The notes below the pieces were generated by a model. It saw only the letters and a list, made by a program, of their open reading frames with translations, was not told the origin of the DNA and searched no databases. Both the position numbers and the translations under genes were made by a program. Shown piece by piece: positions 48,611-57,425 of a DNA stretch of 57,425 nt (within the stretch, counting starts at the first letter, position 1; the number at the start of each line of letters is the position of its first letter). This DNA comes from Methanothrix sp. (lineage in GTDB: Archaea > Halobacteriota > Methanosarcinia > Methanotrichales > Methanotrichaceae), in the NCBI GenBank assembly GCA_037128175.1, contig JBAXWY010000014.1:1-57425 (forward strand), in the 5' to 3' direction.

Positions 48611-49261
48611 ATGAAATCAGTGGCAATAGAATTGATCCTGCTCATGGTGCTTAGTCTTGCGGCGCCAGCCTTTGCAGCTTACGAATCAGGACCGGTTGGG
48701 CCCTACAATGTCTCTTTTGATATGAATACTACCATGGAGTACCGTGTCGTTGTTGAGGCACCTTCTAGCGGTGTCACCACTCTTGGTGTGAATTTTGTCA
48801 GGTACAACCTTACCATAGACAGCGCCGATTACTATGCCTGGCTGATCCTGACCCGTTATGAAGAGCCCATGGTGGCCAATATTTCTGCTAATGAATATAT
48901 TGTGTACAGCGCTCTTTTAAATGCGGGGGGGGATAAGCCCAATCTCTATCAGCGTTCGATAGACGGGAAGCCGGGAGTGCTGGGCAATTTCAGGTTTGAA
49001 AGACAGTTTTTGGGGCAGGGACAATACCAGGAGGGTGATCTTGTCGTCGCGGCCATTTACTCACCGGATGCAAAAGTCTACGAGGATGGAGTCTATCGCG
49101 GAAGTACCGACTGCCGCGTCATATCTACCTTTCCCAGGGAGATCATCACGTATATGCTTTACACCCTGCATGTCGAGGTGCCCAAAGAGGAAGGTGCGTC
49201 CATCAATCCAGTTAGCCAATCACCTCTCATCAATCAGTCATCACTCATCAACCAGTCGTGA
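48611..49261 (+). CDS. Secreted hypothetical protein
   Basis: Signal peptide MKSVAIELILLMVLSLAAPAFA, GPYNVSFD; start moved to ATG 48611. Confidence 0.78.
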   Translation: MKSVAIELILLMVLSLAAPAFAAYESGPVGPYNVSFDMNTTMEYRVVVEAPSSGVTTLGVNFVRYNLTIDSADYYAWLILTRYEEPMVANISANEYIVYSALLNAGGDKPNLYQRSIDGKPGVLGNFRFERQFLGQGQYQEGDLVVAAIYSPDAKVYEDGVYRGSTDCRVISTFPREIITYMLYTLHVEVPKEEGASINPVSQSPLINQSSLINQS

Positions 49262-49639
49262 GCACCATCAGTAAAAGGTAAGCAGGTCAAGGACGGACGC
49301 AAAGAGGGACGTACCCTGGGAAAAGAGACCCGCATATTATTAGGGCGAAAATGTCGCGCGGTTCATGGACTATGCGACCCTCTTACCGGCAAAGATGCCG
49401 GACCGGGAAAGAAAGGTATACCGACGCAAATTCAGTGGTTTTATTATTTTTGGGGCCGTAAAATCCGGTCTTTTTAATGGGTTCTTTCCATCCGTGCCCT
49501 GCAAAAGGCGTTTTCAGTATCCAATGCTGCATAGAGGGTTCATATAGACATTAGGTGATATCTACATAAAAATCACCTTTTAATATCAAGCAAATGAACA
49601 ATGGTATTTGGAGGAATCTAAATTAACTCAATAAAACTG

Positions 49640-50071
49640 ATGTTGTCAATCCTGGCGCTGGGAATGCTGGTTGCAGTAGGCTCCGCCATTGATGAACCAG
49701 GTGGTTTCGAATCTGCACCTTATGGTGGCGATTATCAAGGTGGCGATCATCAAGGTGGCGATCATCAAGGCAATCGTGATTTCGGCGGCCATGGATATAA
49801 CGATTGGTTGAATCCGGGTGGCTATTCGTACACCTACAGCTGGAGTTATCCTTATTATTACCCAAACTCCTGGTATCCGGCATATACGTACACCTATCCG
49901 AACTACTATTACACAGCGCCAGCACCTGTAGTCTATCCCACTTATCCCTACTACAATGACCCGGTAGTCTATGACCCCTGGTATGGATCCAATGTCTATG
50001 GATGGGGCGGAGCGAGTTACTACTATTCCAATAGCTGGTCCTGGTATAATCATGGCGGATACTTTTTCTAA
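49640..50071 (+). CDS. Secreted Tyr/Pro/Gly/Trp-rich low-complexity protein
   Basis: Hydrophobic leader, three GGD(Y/H)Q repeats, YPYYY-type tracts; may start at ATT 49622. Confidence 0.75.
   Translation: MLSILALGMLVAVGSAIDEPGGFESAPYGGDYQGGDHQGGDHQGNRDFGGHGYNDWLNPGGYSYTYSWSYPYYYPNSWYPAYTYTYPNYYYTAPAPVVYPTYPYYNDPVVYDPWYGSNVYGWGGASYYYSNSWSWYNHGGYFF
49724..49768 (+). repeat. 15-bp coding tandem repeat, three copies
   Basis: ggtggcgatYatcaa x3. Confidence 0.9.
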
Positions 50072-50222
50072 ATATCAGGAGATTTCATAGAAGGCTGCCG
50101 GAAAGAGGTTCCGGTAGCAGTATCTCCTTTAAACATGAAAAATCCTGATGCTGGGGATCAGCAATTTTTTATTATCATTTGATTAATAATAAAAAAAATA
50201 ATTATTCAAAAAAAATGCCTTA

Positions 50223-50978
50223 TCAGGCCGTTGTTGTCTCTTCAGACTTCAACTCTTCGGGTTTTGTTACTTCTGCGGCAGGCTCCTTTGCTGGTGGCGA
50301 GATGAGCTCGGACGTGACACGTTCGCCTGTGTGCTTTTCGACATAGTCCACCTCTTTCAGCTCCAGGTGATGGATGATCATATCCGCCAGGCCACGCCTG
50401 ATCATGAGCCATTCCTTGTAGTAGGAGAGCTCCCAAAGAACGGTAATTATAGCCACATCATCTTTTATTTCCGCTTCAAGATCCATGCGGGCAAAGGTCT
50501 TGATGAGGGCTTTGAGCTTCTCTTGCCGGTCCTCTATGAATTCATTGATCTTGTACTCATAGACGATGGTCCTATCGACCAGGGGGTGGTTGAAGTCAAC
50601 GCTCACCTTTCGTCCGAATACTCTGGTGACGGTTCCAACCTTATTGTCTATGCCTACGCGCATGCCGGGAACGGGCTTTTTTTCCTTAAACTGGTTTATG
50701 GGAACGATCTCAGTTTTCTTGGGGTCCCGCAGTCCGAAGGCGCCCTCGGGTGGTATCTCCACCTTGCCACAGTAGCCGATCTCTTTTCCGATAATATCTT
50801 CTTCGAAGCCCTTTACGAGCTGGCCTGCGCCAATTACTATGAGGTGCGGCCCATACTGGCCCTCTTCGTTATAGATTCCTTTTTCCGTCGCCACGTCCTT
50901 ATCGGTGGCAGCAATTACCTGCCCTTCAACGCTCTCTGTGTAATCAATTCTGATGAAATCGCCATTTTTCACAGTCAT
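50223..50978 (-). CDS. FKBP-type peptidyl-prolyl isomerase (long archaeal SlyD-like)
   Basis: GDFI.IDYT, G.GQLVKGFEE, PPEGAFG.RD, VDFNHPL. Confidence 0.93.
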   Translation of the reverse strand: MTVKNGDFIRIDYTESVEGQVIAATDKDVATEKGIYNEEGQYGPHLIVIGAGQLVKGFEEDIIGKEIGYCGKVEIPPEGAFGLRDPKKTEIVPINQFKEKKPVPGMRVGIDNKVGTVTRVFGRKVSVDFNHPLVDRTIVYEYKINEFIEDRQEKLKALIKTFARMDLEAEIKDDVAIITVLWELSYYKEWLMIRRGLADMIIHHLELKEVDYVEKHTGERVTSELISPPAKEPAAEVTKPEELKSEETTTA

Positions 50979-51066
50979 CTTTTACTCCATCCAAACCTTT
51001 CGGTGAATCTTCATTTAATCCGGGGCAAGACAATGCCCCAAACCTGATTTATACTTTCGCATTCGT

Positions 51067-51546
51067 TTAGATTAAGTATTCTGCTATTCTGTCGGTGAGG
51101 GGCTGCTCGCAATAGAGGCAGCGCAGCAAGACTGGGTTTTTGGTCTTGACAAGCATCCTGGATTTTATGGGCTCGATGGTATTAGAGATGCAGTTGGGAT
51201 TCTGGCAGCGCACCACGCCCACGATCTCATCAGGCAGATCCACGGTTCGCTTTTCAATGACTTTGCCGTCCCGTATGATATTGATAGAAGCGGCCGGGGC
51301 AATTAATGCGATCCTGTTCACTTCCCTCTCTAACAGCTCCCGGTCCTCGACCTTGACGATGTCCTTTTTGCATAGCTTCCTGCTCTCCACGTTCATGACC
51401 ACGGAAACTGTGGCGTCTGTGGTGCCGGCGATCCCCAGGATCTTGAGAACATTTAACGCCTGGCCTCCGGCAATGTGGTCAATCACCGTTCCGTTGTTGA
51501 TGGGCTTTACTCTAAGTCCCTTCGGCTCATTTTTGATCTCGGACAT
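51067..51546 (-). CDS. pyrI: Aspartate carbamoyltransferase regulatory subunit
   Basis: NGTVIDHI, KDIVK.E, C.NPNCISN, RCLYCE. Confidence 0.96.
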   Translation of the reverse strand: MSEIKNEPKGLRVKPINNGTVIDHIAGGQALNVLKILGIAGTTDATVSVVMNVESRKLCKKDIVKVEDRELLEREVNRIALIAPAASINIIRDGKVIEKRTVDLPDEIVGVVRCQNPNCISNTIEPIKSRMLVKTKNPVLLRCLYCEQPLTDRIAEYLI

Positions 51547-51548
51547 TT

Positions 51549-52469
51549 TTAAGCACCTTTGCCGATAAGCATTTTAAGAAGAGCCATGCGAACGGGAACG
51601 CCGTAAAAGGACTGCTGGAAGTAGCGGGCGTGCGGCGTCTCATCCACGGAGGGAGCAATCTCGTCCACCCGCGGCAAAGGATGCATGACAATGAGGTCCT
51701 CTCTGGCCCCGGCCAGGAACTCGGGCGTGATCCTGTAGCTGCTGGCCACCTTTTTATACTCTACCGGGTCCGGGAACCTCTCGCGCTGAATGCGGGTCAT
51801 GTAAAGCACATCCACGTTGTTGATCACCTCTCCCAGGTCACAGGTCTCGCGAACGCGGGTGCCCTTGCTGGAGAGATCCGCTTTTATGGGATCGGGCATT
51901 CTCAAGCTTGCTGGAGACACCAGAGTAATATCGGCTCCGAAGAGCGAGAGGGCATAGGCCAGAGAGTGAACGGTGCGACCATACTTCAGGTCGCCCACCA
52001 GAGCAATGCTCAGATTCTCCAGATGGCTCTCTTTTTTGATGGTGTAAAGGTCCAAAAGCGTCTGGGTAGGATGATGCCCGGCTCCATCGCCGGCGTTGAG
52101 CACGGGTACAGGCGAGAACTGGGAGGCGAGGCGGGCCGAGCCCTCTTTGGGATGACGGATGACCAGAGCATCAGCATAGCCGCCAATGACCCGCACGGTG
52201 TCCGCCAGCGACTCGCCCTTGGAGATGGATGACCCCTCGGCGGGCCCCAGGTTGATGACGCTGCCGCCCAGCCGATTCATGGCCGTCTCAAATGACATGC
52301 GTGTGCGCGTGGAGGGCTCAAAAAAAAGAAGACCCAGTATTTTGCCCGCCATCATATCGCTCTTCCTGCCTCGCGCATAAGGCTCCAGGGATGCGGCCAG
52401 ATCGAGGACGGAGTCGATCTCCTCCCGGGAGAACTCCCGCATGGTGAGCACATGCCTCTTCATGAACAT
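51549..52469 (-). CDS. pyrB: Aspartate carbamoyltransferase catalytic subunit
   Basis: FFEPSTRTR.SFE, NAGDG..HHPTQ, GDLKYGRTVHSL, TRIQRERF, HPLPR. Confidence 0.97.
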   Translation of the reverse strand: MFMKRHVLTMREFSREEIDSVLDLAASLEPYARGRKSDMMAGKILGLLFFEPSTRTRMSFETAMNRLGGSVINLGPAEGSSISKGESLADTVRVIGGYADALVIRHPKEGSARLASQFSPVPVLNAGDGAGHHPTQTLLDLYTIKKESHLENLSIALVGDLKYGRTVHSLAYALSLFGADITLVSPASLRMPDPIKADLSSKGTRVRETCDLGEVINNVDVLYMTRIQRERFPDPVEYKKVASSYRITPEFLAGAREDLIVMHPLPRVDEIAPSVDETPHARYFQQSFYGVPVRMALLKMLIGKGA

Positions 52470-52605
52470 GTCATATCATCTCAATTTATTAGATAATAAG
52501 GCTTCCACATGGCCTCTTCGGCAAGTATTGCGCAATAGTTGTATAAGAGCCGACACAAGACAAATGCTGCACGGGATTTCTCAAACAGTTATGAGGTAAA
52601 AGCCC

Positions 52606-53682
52606 ATGGAGAACGCATCACAACAATATTCACCGACAATGACCAAGGATTACAGCCGGATTTCAGATACAGCCCGAGCGGTGAATGCAGAGGTGCTGCC
52701 CATGATGGCCTCTTACATCAGGCGCATCTCGCCGCAGATCGCTGCATTGAGCGCAGACGAGATGTTTGTGATCGCAGATTACGGCGCCGCAGACGGTGTG
52801 AATTCGAGCGAGTTGTTTGAAGCCGTCATCCGCCAGATTCACGAGGTGAATCCCCAGCTTTCCATCAAATTAGTCTATATTGATCTGGCGGATCCGGCGA
52901 ATTTCATGGCGTTCTGGGCAACTTCGGCATTAGCTAAATTAAAGCACGTAGAGGCCCAGTACATCCAGCGGTCTTTTTATGAACCATTTCCTGAGATAAC
53001 AGGCAAACTTCAGATCGGTTTTTCCTCCACTGCGCTGCATTGGATGAATGCCAAAACGGTTGGACCTGATTATTTTTTGCATCCCCTCTGCATACAGCCC
53101 AACCAGCTCTCTGATCCGGAACGCAGAAAATTCGCGGAAAAATGGAAAGCGGATTGGTGGACGTTTTTACAGGAATGCTCGAGGTCGCTGGTTAAGGGGG
53201 GAGCTCTGTTTATGGCAAACCTCGCCAATCTGGGAGACGACCGGTGGCCGGCGTCGCCTGGATATAACCACCTCAGGGACATTTGCCAGGAGTTGTGTGA
53301 GGTGAATATGCTTTCTAAAGCAGAGCTAAACGCTATTTTTATACCGGATTACTTTGCCTCGCCTCATGAAATGTCAGGTTTGCTGGATGAATACGACCTC
53401 CGGCGTTGTTTTTCCGTCAACGCCGTTGATCCCATGACCATTCCGTGCGCCTATTTTAGCCGGGCGCAGGACAAGCTGGACGACCCACAGGAACGGTCCG
53501 CACTTGCTGCGACCCTGGCCCATGTAGTCAGGGCCTGGAGTGAATCGTCGATGCGCATGGGACTTTACGCAGATAACAAAGAGCTGATAGATGAGATTTA
53601 TCGACGGCTGAAGGCCAGGTTCTATGAAAAACCCGAGGGCTTGCCCTATCAATATTGCCTGCTCGAACTGGTAAAACGGTAG
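52606..53682 (+). CDS. SABATH-like SAM-dependent carboxyl methyltransferase
   Basis: IADYGAADG.NS, SFY, FSSTALHW, DW..FL..... L..GG motifs of the SABATH (Methyltransf_7) family. Confidence 0.75.
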   Translation: MENASQQYSPTMTKDYSRISDTARAVNAEVLPMMASYIRRISPQIAALSADEMFVIADYGAADGVNSSELFEAVIRQIHEVNPQLSIKLVYIDLADPANFMAFWATSALAKLKHVEAQYIQRSFYEPFPEITGKLQIGFSSTALHWMNAKTVGPDYFLHPLCIQPNQLSDPERRKFAEKWKADWWTFLQECSRSLVKGGALFMANLANLGDDRWPASPGYNHLRDICQELCEVNMLSKAELNAIFIPDYFASPHEMSGLLDEYDLRRCFSVNAVDPMTIPCAYFSRAQDKLDDPQERSALAATLAHVVRAWSESSMRMGLYADNKELIDEIYRRLKARFYEKPEGLPYQYCLLELVKR

Positions 53683-53719
53683 AGATATTGAACGGCTGAT
53701 CGTTCTTTGTGCCAATCAA

Positions 53720-53760
53720 GGCTTCGCGTGAGATTCCTTTTCACGCGAAGGCGCGAAGCC
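53720..53760. repeat. Palindromic CTTCGCG/CGCGAAG short-repeat element
   Basis: ggcttcgcgtga-gattcctt-ttcacgcgaaggcgcgaagcc; same motif as cttcgcgccttcgcgtgaa at 33001-33019. Confidence 0.75.
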
Positions 53761-53875
53761 TCGAAGTCAAAACATTGGTCAATTTCGGCCTCGCTGAACC
53801 CCTCCGAGAATGCAATGGCTCAATTATGTGATGGCTGGAAAGAGGGACGCTTCCTGCAAGTTACACACACTGAAA

Positions 53876-54727
53876 TTACCTTTTTTCGGGGACTTTATGA
53901 ATATCCACCATCGACTTAGCTACTTTTAATGCGATGCTACTGCCAGGTAATAATAGATTGGCCGCATCCGCTCCTACGTCGAAAATAAGATCGCGAGTTA
54001 TCATCTTCTCGAACTGCTGGCGCAATGTTACACCGCCGGAGGTCATCACACCAGTGAGACCATCGAATTCAGCTACGGTAGTCTTACCCTTAGACTCCCA
54101 TTTATACTCGAAAGCGTAGATCGGCCGAAAATAGAGGTCTACGATGTGGATATTTGCTTTTTCCTCGTGAATTGTGTCTGCTTGGATTGGTCGCATCATC
54201 GAAGCTAATACCTGACGTACCGCGGCGCTTGCACGCATTTCTGGCATTACAGCGATGCTTGCGTCAGTTGATAGCTTGTCTATATCGATCACAGCCTCCT
54301 TTTCAAAACGCAAATATTTCTCCCATTTTTGCTCTTGTCCACGAACTGCGTCAAAGATGACTTCCGTACTGGATTCTTCTAAACAGTGTTCGGTTCCCGT
54401 AATCGTAAACTGTCGTGGTTGTGCCGCAATTGTGTAATCTTTCCCATCGACCGTTACACGTTGTACCTCGGGAGCAAGTACAGGGACGTTATAAGAACGT
54501 GTGCGGTCGTACTCGTAGCGCACGTTGCAGGCTATATGCCAGAACGGCTCATAACGAAACTCGCTGTAGGTGATTTTAACGTCCTCGGACTTGGGGCGTG
54601 AGAAAAGCCCGGTCAGACCGCTACCGAAGACAGAGGCTTTTTTGTCCCATGCCTTCTCCCGCGTATCATCCATACTAAGTGTGGGCAGTAGGCGGAAAAC
54701 TTGTTCTTTACCAAATGTGATATCCAT
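53876..54727 (-). CDS. Hypothetical protein (283 aa)
   Basis: Long ORF with YEPFW and LYFRPIYAFEY...FDGLTG motifs; SD-like gagggt upstream. Confidence 0.8.
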   Translation of the reverse strand: MDITFGKEQVFRLLPTLSMDDTREKAWDKKASVFGSGLTGLFSRPKSEDVKITYSEFRYEPFWHIACNVRYEYDRTRSYNVPVLAPEVQRVTVDGKDYTIAAQPRQFTITGTEHCLEESSTEVIFDAVRGQEQKWEKYLRFEKEAVIDIDKLSTDASIAVMPEMRASAAVRQVLASMMRPIQADTIHEEKANIHIVDLYFRPIYAFEYKWESKGKTTVAEFDGLTGVMTSGGVTLRQQFEKMITRDLIFDVGADAANLLLPGSSIALKVAKSMVDIHKVPEKR

Positions 54728-55218
54728 ACTACACCCTCAAATTCGATTCATGATGAAGGTTCCATAGGTTATTTGTTATTATAAAAGGTTTGAGTTGTCT
54801 GGGTGGATGGCCATGCTGGGCGCAAGGCTCTACAGCCGCGACCATCGAGATCAATGTTCTCCGGTCCTCTGCCCCGCGAGAGCCTGCGCGCTCGCGCCAG
54901 TCACGAGCTACTTGCAGAAGAGCCATCGAAACTCTGCAATGAAGTTAACCTGCCTTGAACCGGCTTTCAGGAATCTGTTTTATGAACGGCTTATTGGACA
55001 AGAATGAGAGCCGAGGCTGAGCCGGTATCCTCTTCCTGCTGCGCCCTGAGTCGTCGTCCTATCGCCTTCGCGCCAGGAGACTGCTCCATGCTCTGAATGC
55101 TGGATGCAAAAGGAATATATTGTGGAAAGCAGAATTATTTAAATAAGCTAGCTCTCCAAAAGGTAGAAGGATCGGGGAATTCCTGATAATACCAGTTGTT
55201 CAAGAGAGTTGACCTATC

Positions 55219-56817
55219 ATGAAACAATACCTGCGTTTTGCATCGCTTCTGATGGCGTTTGTCCTGATAATTATATCGAATTCGTGCTTTGCTTCAAATA
55301 TAGACTCCGGCATGAATTCGACCAGGGATAGCATTAATGATTCCTCCAGGGTTTCCTTGGGAGATGCGACAGATTTTCTTATGCCGAAGGCTATCTGGGA
55401 AAATTTTTATAATTTGACTAAAGTTCCGCGTCCTTCCCACGGAGAGGCGCAGATAAGCGCTTACATGGCAAATTTTGGCAAAGGCCTGGCTCTGGAGACT
55501 ACAGTAGATGAAGTCGGCAACGTCCTTATTCGCAAGCCTGCCACTCCTGGAATGGAGAACCGGAAAGTGTTGATTCTTCAGGCTCACATGGACATGGTAG
55601 CTCAGAAGGACGCGGACAAGGACTTTGACTTTCAGAAGGATCCCATTCAGGCTTACATCGAGGATGGATGGGTAAAGGCCAATGGTACAACCTTAGGCGC
55701 TGATGACGGTATCGGGGTTGCCATCATCATGGCACTTTTGGAGGATAAAGAACTGGTCCACGGCCCGCTGGAGGCCCTCTTCACCGTCAACGAGGAGGAC
55801 GGTTTTACTGGTGTTCATGGTCTTAAGCCGGATCTGCTAAAGGGTGATATCTACATAAACGTAGACTCGGAGACGGAGGGAGAGTTTACCATCGGCAGCG
55901 CCGGCGGACTGTACATTGACGCTAAGAAAAACTATTCCGAGGAAGAAACTCCGGCCCGGATGGTTGGATACAAAATCGCCATCAAAGGGCTAAAGGGAGG
56001 CCACTCCGGAACTGATATAAACCTGGGCAGGGGGAATGCAGCCAAGATCCTATCCCGTCTGCTATGGACTTCCCAGAGATTGTTCGGCCTGAGGATTGCC
56101 TCCTTTAATGGAGGAGATCGTTACAACGCCATACCCAGAGAAGCAGATGCCGTTGTAGCAGTGCCGGAGTCAGAGGCCGACTCCTTTGCCAAGTACGTCC
56201 AGGAGTTCGAAGCCACTGTCCAAAAGGAGCTTTCAGCCACAGAGCCAGGCTTGGTCGTAAAGGCAGAGAGGGCTGACCTCCCAGCTAAGCTAATGGTGGC
56301 ACAGTCCGCCGTCAGCCTGGTAAGCGCCGTATACAGCTGTCAAAACGGCGTAATGAGGATGAGCGATGCTGTCCCTGGGCTAGTGGAAACCTCTACCAGC
56401 ATGGGTATCCTGAAGGCAGAAAATGGTGAGTTTTGGGCCGGATTCTATGTAAGGAGCTCCCTTGATTCGGCTAGAGACGACACAGGCAACATGATTCAAA
56501 GTGTCTTCGAGCTGGCTGGTGCCAATATATCATTCCCTGATAGTTATTCTGGCTGGGCGCCTAACCCGGCGTCTCCGATACTGGGCCTGATGAAGCAGGT
56601 CTATCTGGATAAATTTGGCCAAGAGGCGAAGGTCGTAGCCATTCACGCCGGCCTGGAGACGAGCGTGGTTGGGGAAAAGTACCCTGGAATGGATATGATC
56701 TCCTTGGGCCCCACGCTGCAACATGTCCATTCACCGGATGAGCGCTTAGAGGTGCCGACCGTATCCAAGTTGTACGACCTGTTGACGGAAACACTGATGC
56801 GAGTTCCAGTTAACTAA
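55219..56817 (+). CDS. pepD: M20 aminoacyl-histidine dipeptidase (PepD-like) with an N-terminal signal peptide
   Basis: PRPS, LQAHMDMV, TTLGADDGIG, NEEDG, GLKGGHSG, IHAGLE, HSPDE. Confidence 0.9.
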   Translation: MKQYLRFASLLMAFVLIIISNSCFASNIDSGMNSTRDSINDSSRVSLGDATDFLMPKAIWENFYNLTKVPRPSHGEAQISAYMANFGKGLALETTVDEVGNVLIRKPATPGMENRKVLILQAHMDMVAQKDADKDFDFQKDPIQAYIEDGWVKANGTTLGADDGIGVAIIMALLEDKELVHGPLEALFTVNEEDGFTGVHGLKPDLLKGDIYINVDSETEGEFTIGSAGGLYIDAKKNYSEEETPARMVGYKIAIKGLKGGHSGTDINLGRGNAAKILSRLLWTSQRLFGLRIASFNGGDRYNAIPREADAVVAVPESEADSFAKYVQEFEATVQKELSATEPGLVVKAERADLPAKLMVAQSAVSLVSAVYSCQNGVMRMSDAVPGLVETSTSMGILKAENGEFWAGFYVRSSLDSARDDTGNMIQSVFELAGANISFPDSYSGWAPNPASPILGLMKQVYLDKFGQEAKVVAIHAGLETSVVGEKYPGMDMISLGPTLQHVHSPDERLEVPTVSKLYDLLTETLMRVPVN

Positions 56818-56988
56818 TTAGGGGCGTTTCTTTCGCATCATTTTTTTTCCACAATCATGGGAGGAGGAAAGATGAGTAAACTCGTGTCTGAAAAGCGGCA
56901 AGAAGTTGAGCTAAGAGGTGGCATTGGCCAGGGTGAGTGCTCAATTATAGGAATTCTCGCTTCATAATTATATAATATTCTTTATTAC

Positions 56989-57425
56989 ATCAGGAGTGCG
57001 GAGGGTCACGATACAAGATATTCTATGATAAGCGAGTTAAAAAGGATTGCGAGCTAATTATCAACAATATTTGCATGGATCAAGGCTATAAAATTCATGC
57101 AATGGAAATTGTAGACGATCATGTTCACTTGTTCCTGGAATTCCACCCGAGCTCTTCTCTATCAAGAGTCGTTCAATTTTTGAAAGGAGGCAGTTCATAT
57201 AGAATGTTCAAGCTTCATCCCGAATTGAAAAAAAGATATTGGTGCGGAAGCTTTTGGTCAAGTGGCAAGTTCTTTCGATCCGTCGGAAACGTGACTGCTG
57301 ACACAATAAAGCACTATATTAAGGAATCTCAGAGGAAACCAAAAGCATAGTCGCAATTTTGCAGATCAAAGGAATCTGGGCAAAGAAGGCTCGATGATTT
57401 CTGATCTCCAGCTAACCGGGCGTGC
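56989..57425 (+). mobile_element. IS200-type element with an internal 5' deletion (continues past the window end)
   Basis: Follows TTAC; the left-end stub and right-side sequence are shared with 2308-2478. Confidence 0.85.
57009..57350 (+). pseudogene. tnpA: 5'-truncated IS200/IS605 HUH transposase TnpA
   Basis: In-frame RYKIF...DDHVHLF (HUH), LKGGSS, FWSS..F.SVG, YIKESQ; the usual N-terminal H.VW.PKY segment is missing. Confidence 0.85.

Noticed and set aside
49285-49440. GACGCAAA motifs suggesting a c-di-GMP-I riboswitch
   Set aside because: The GGCAAAC/GNRA P2 architecture and receptor stem are not in the right order
50098-50114. ccggaa-agagg-ttccgg as an NrpR operator
   Set aside because: Spacing is N5 rather than GGAA-N6-TTCC, and it lies between convergent genes; more likely a terminator-region hairpin

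Overview
Archaeal chromosome segment, most likely from a Methanothrix (Methanosaeta)-like methanogen, judged from the gene content: cofC/cofE, gatD, rpl10e, aIF-2beta-TRAM, rnp4, hel308, archaeal-type leuS and pyrBI. Most of the window is housekeeping or stress genes, including a 2-oxoacid:ferredoxin oxidoreductase-rubredoxin-ferritin-CDGSH operon and a tusA-dsrE-iscS-iscU operon. The most unusual region is an accessory/defence island at about 26.8-36.3 kb that encodes no integrase or transposase. It is anchored on leuS, whose 3' end occurs three times: an AT-rich tail in use, a displaced GC-rich tail and a decayed third copy. The island carries a DUF262/HNH (GmrSD-like) gene and an HD-domain-TPR gene. 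It ends in a tandem array of six 340-550 bp GC-rich non-coding units with two toxin-antitoxin pairs (DUF4258-YgiT and HicBA) inserted between units like cassettes. Each unit has a TTATAA box at a nearly invariant distance from a CTCTGTG-type short-repeat block, and solo copies occur elsewhere in the window. There is also a set of IS200/IS605 elements: an intact tnpB-only element whose removal restores a host gene (target TTCAA), a 45-bp miniature of it, a second gene-less miniature, a 5'-truncated tnpA, and a possible omega-RNA-only element upstream of gatD. No rRNA, tRNA or CRISPR array was seen. All family calls come from motif recognition by eye; no searches were run.
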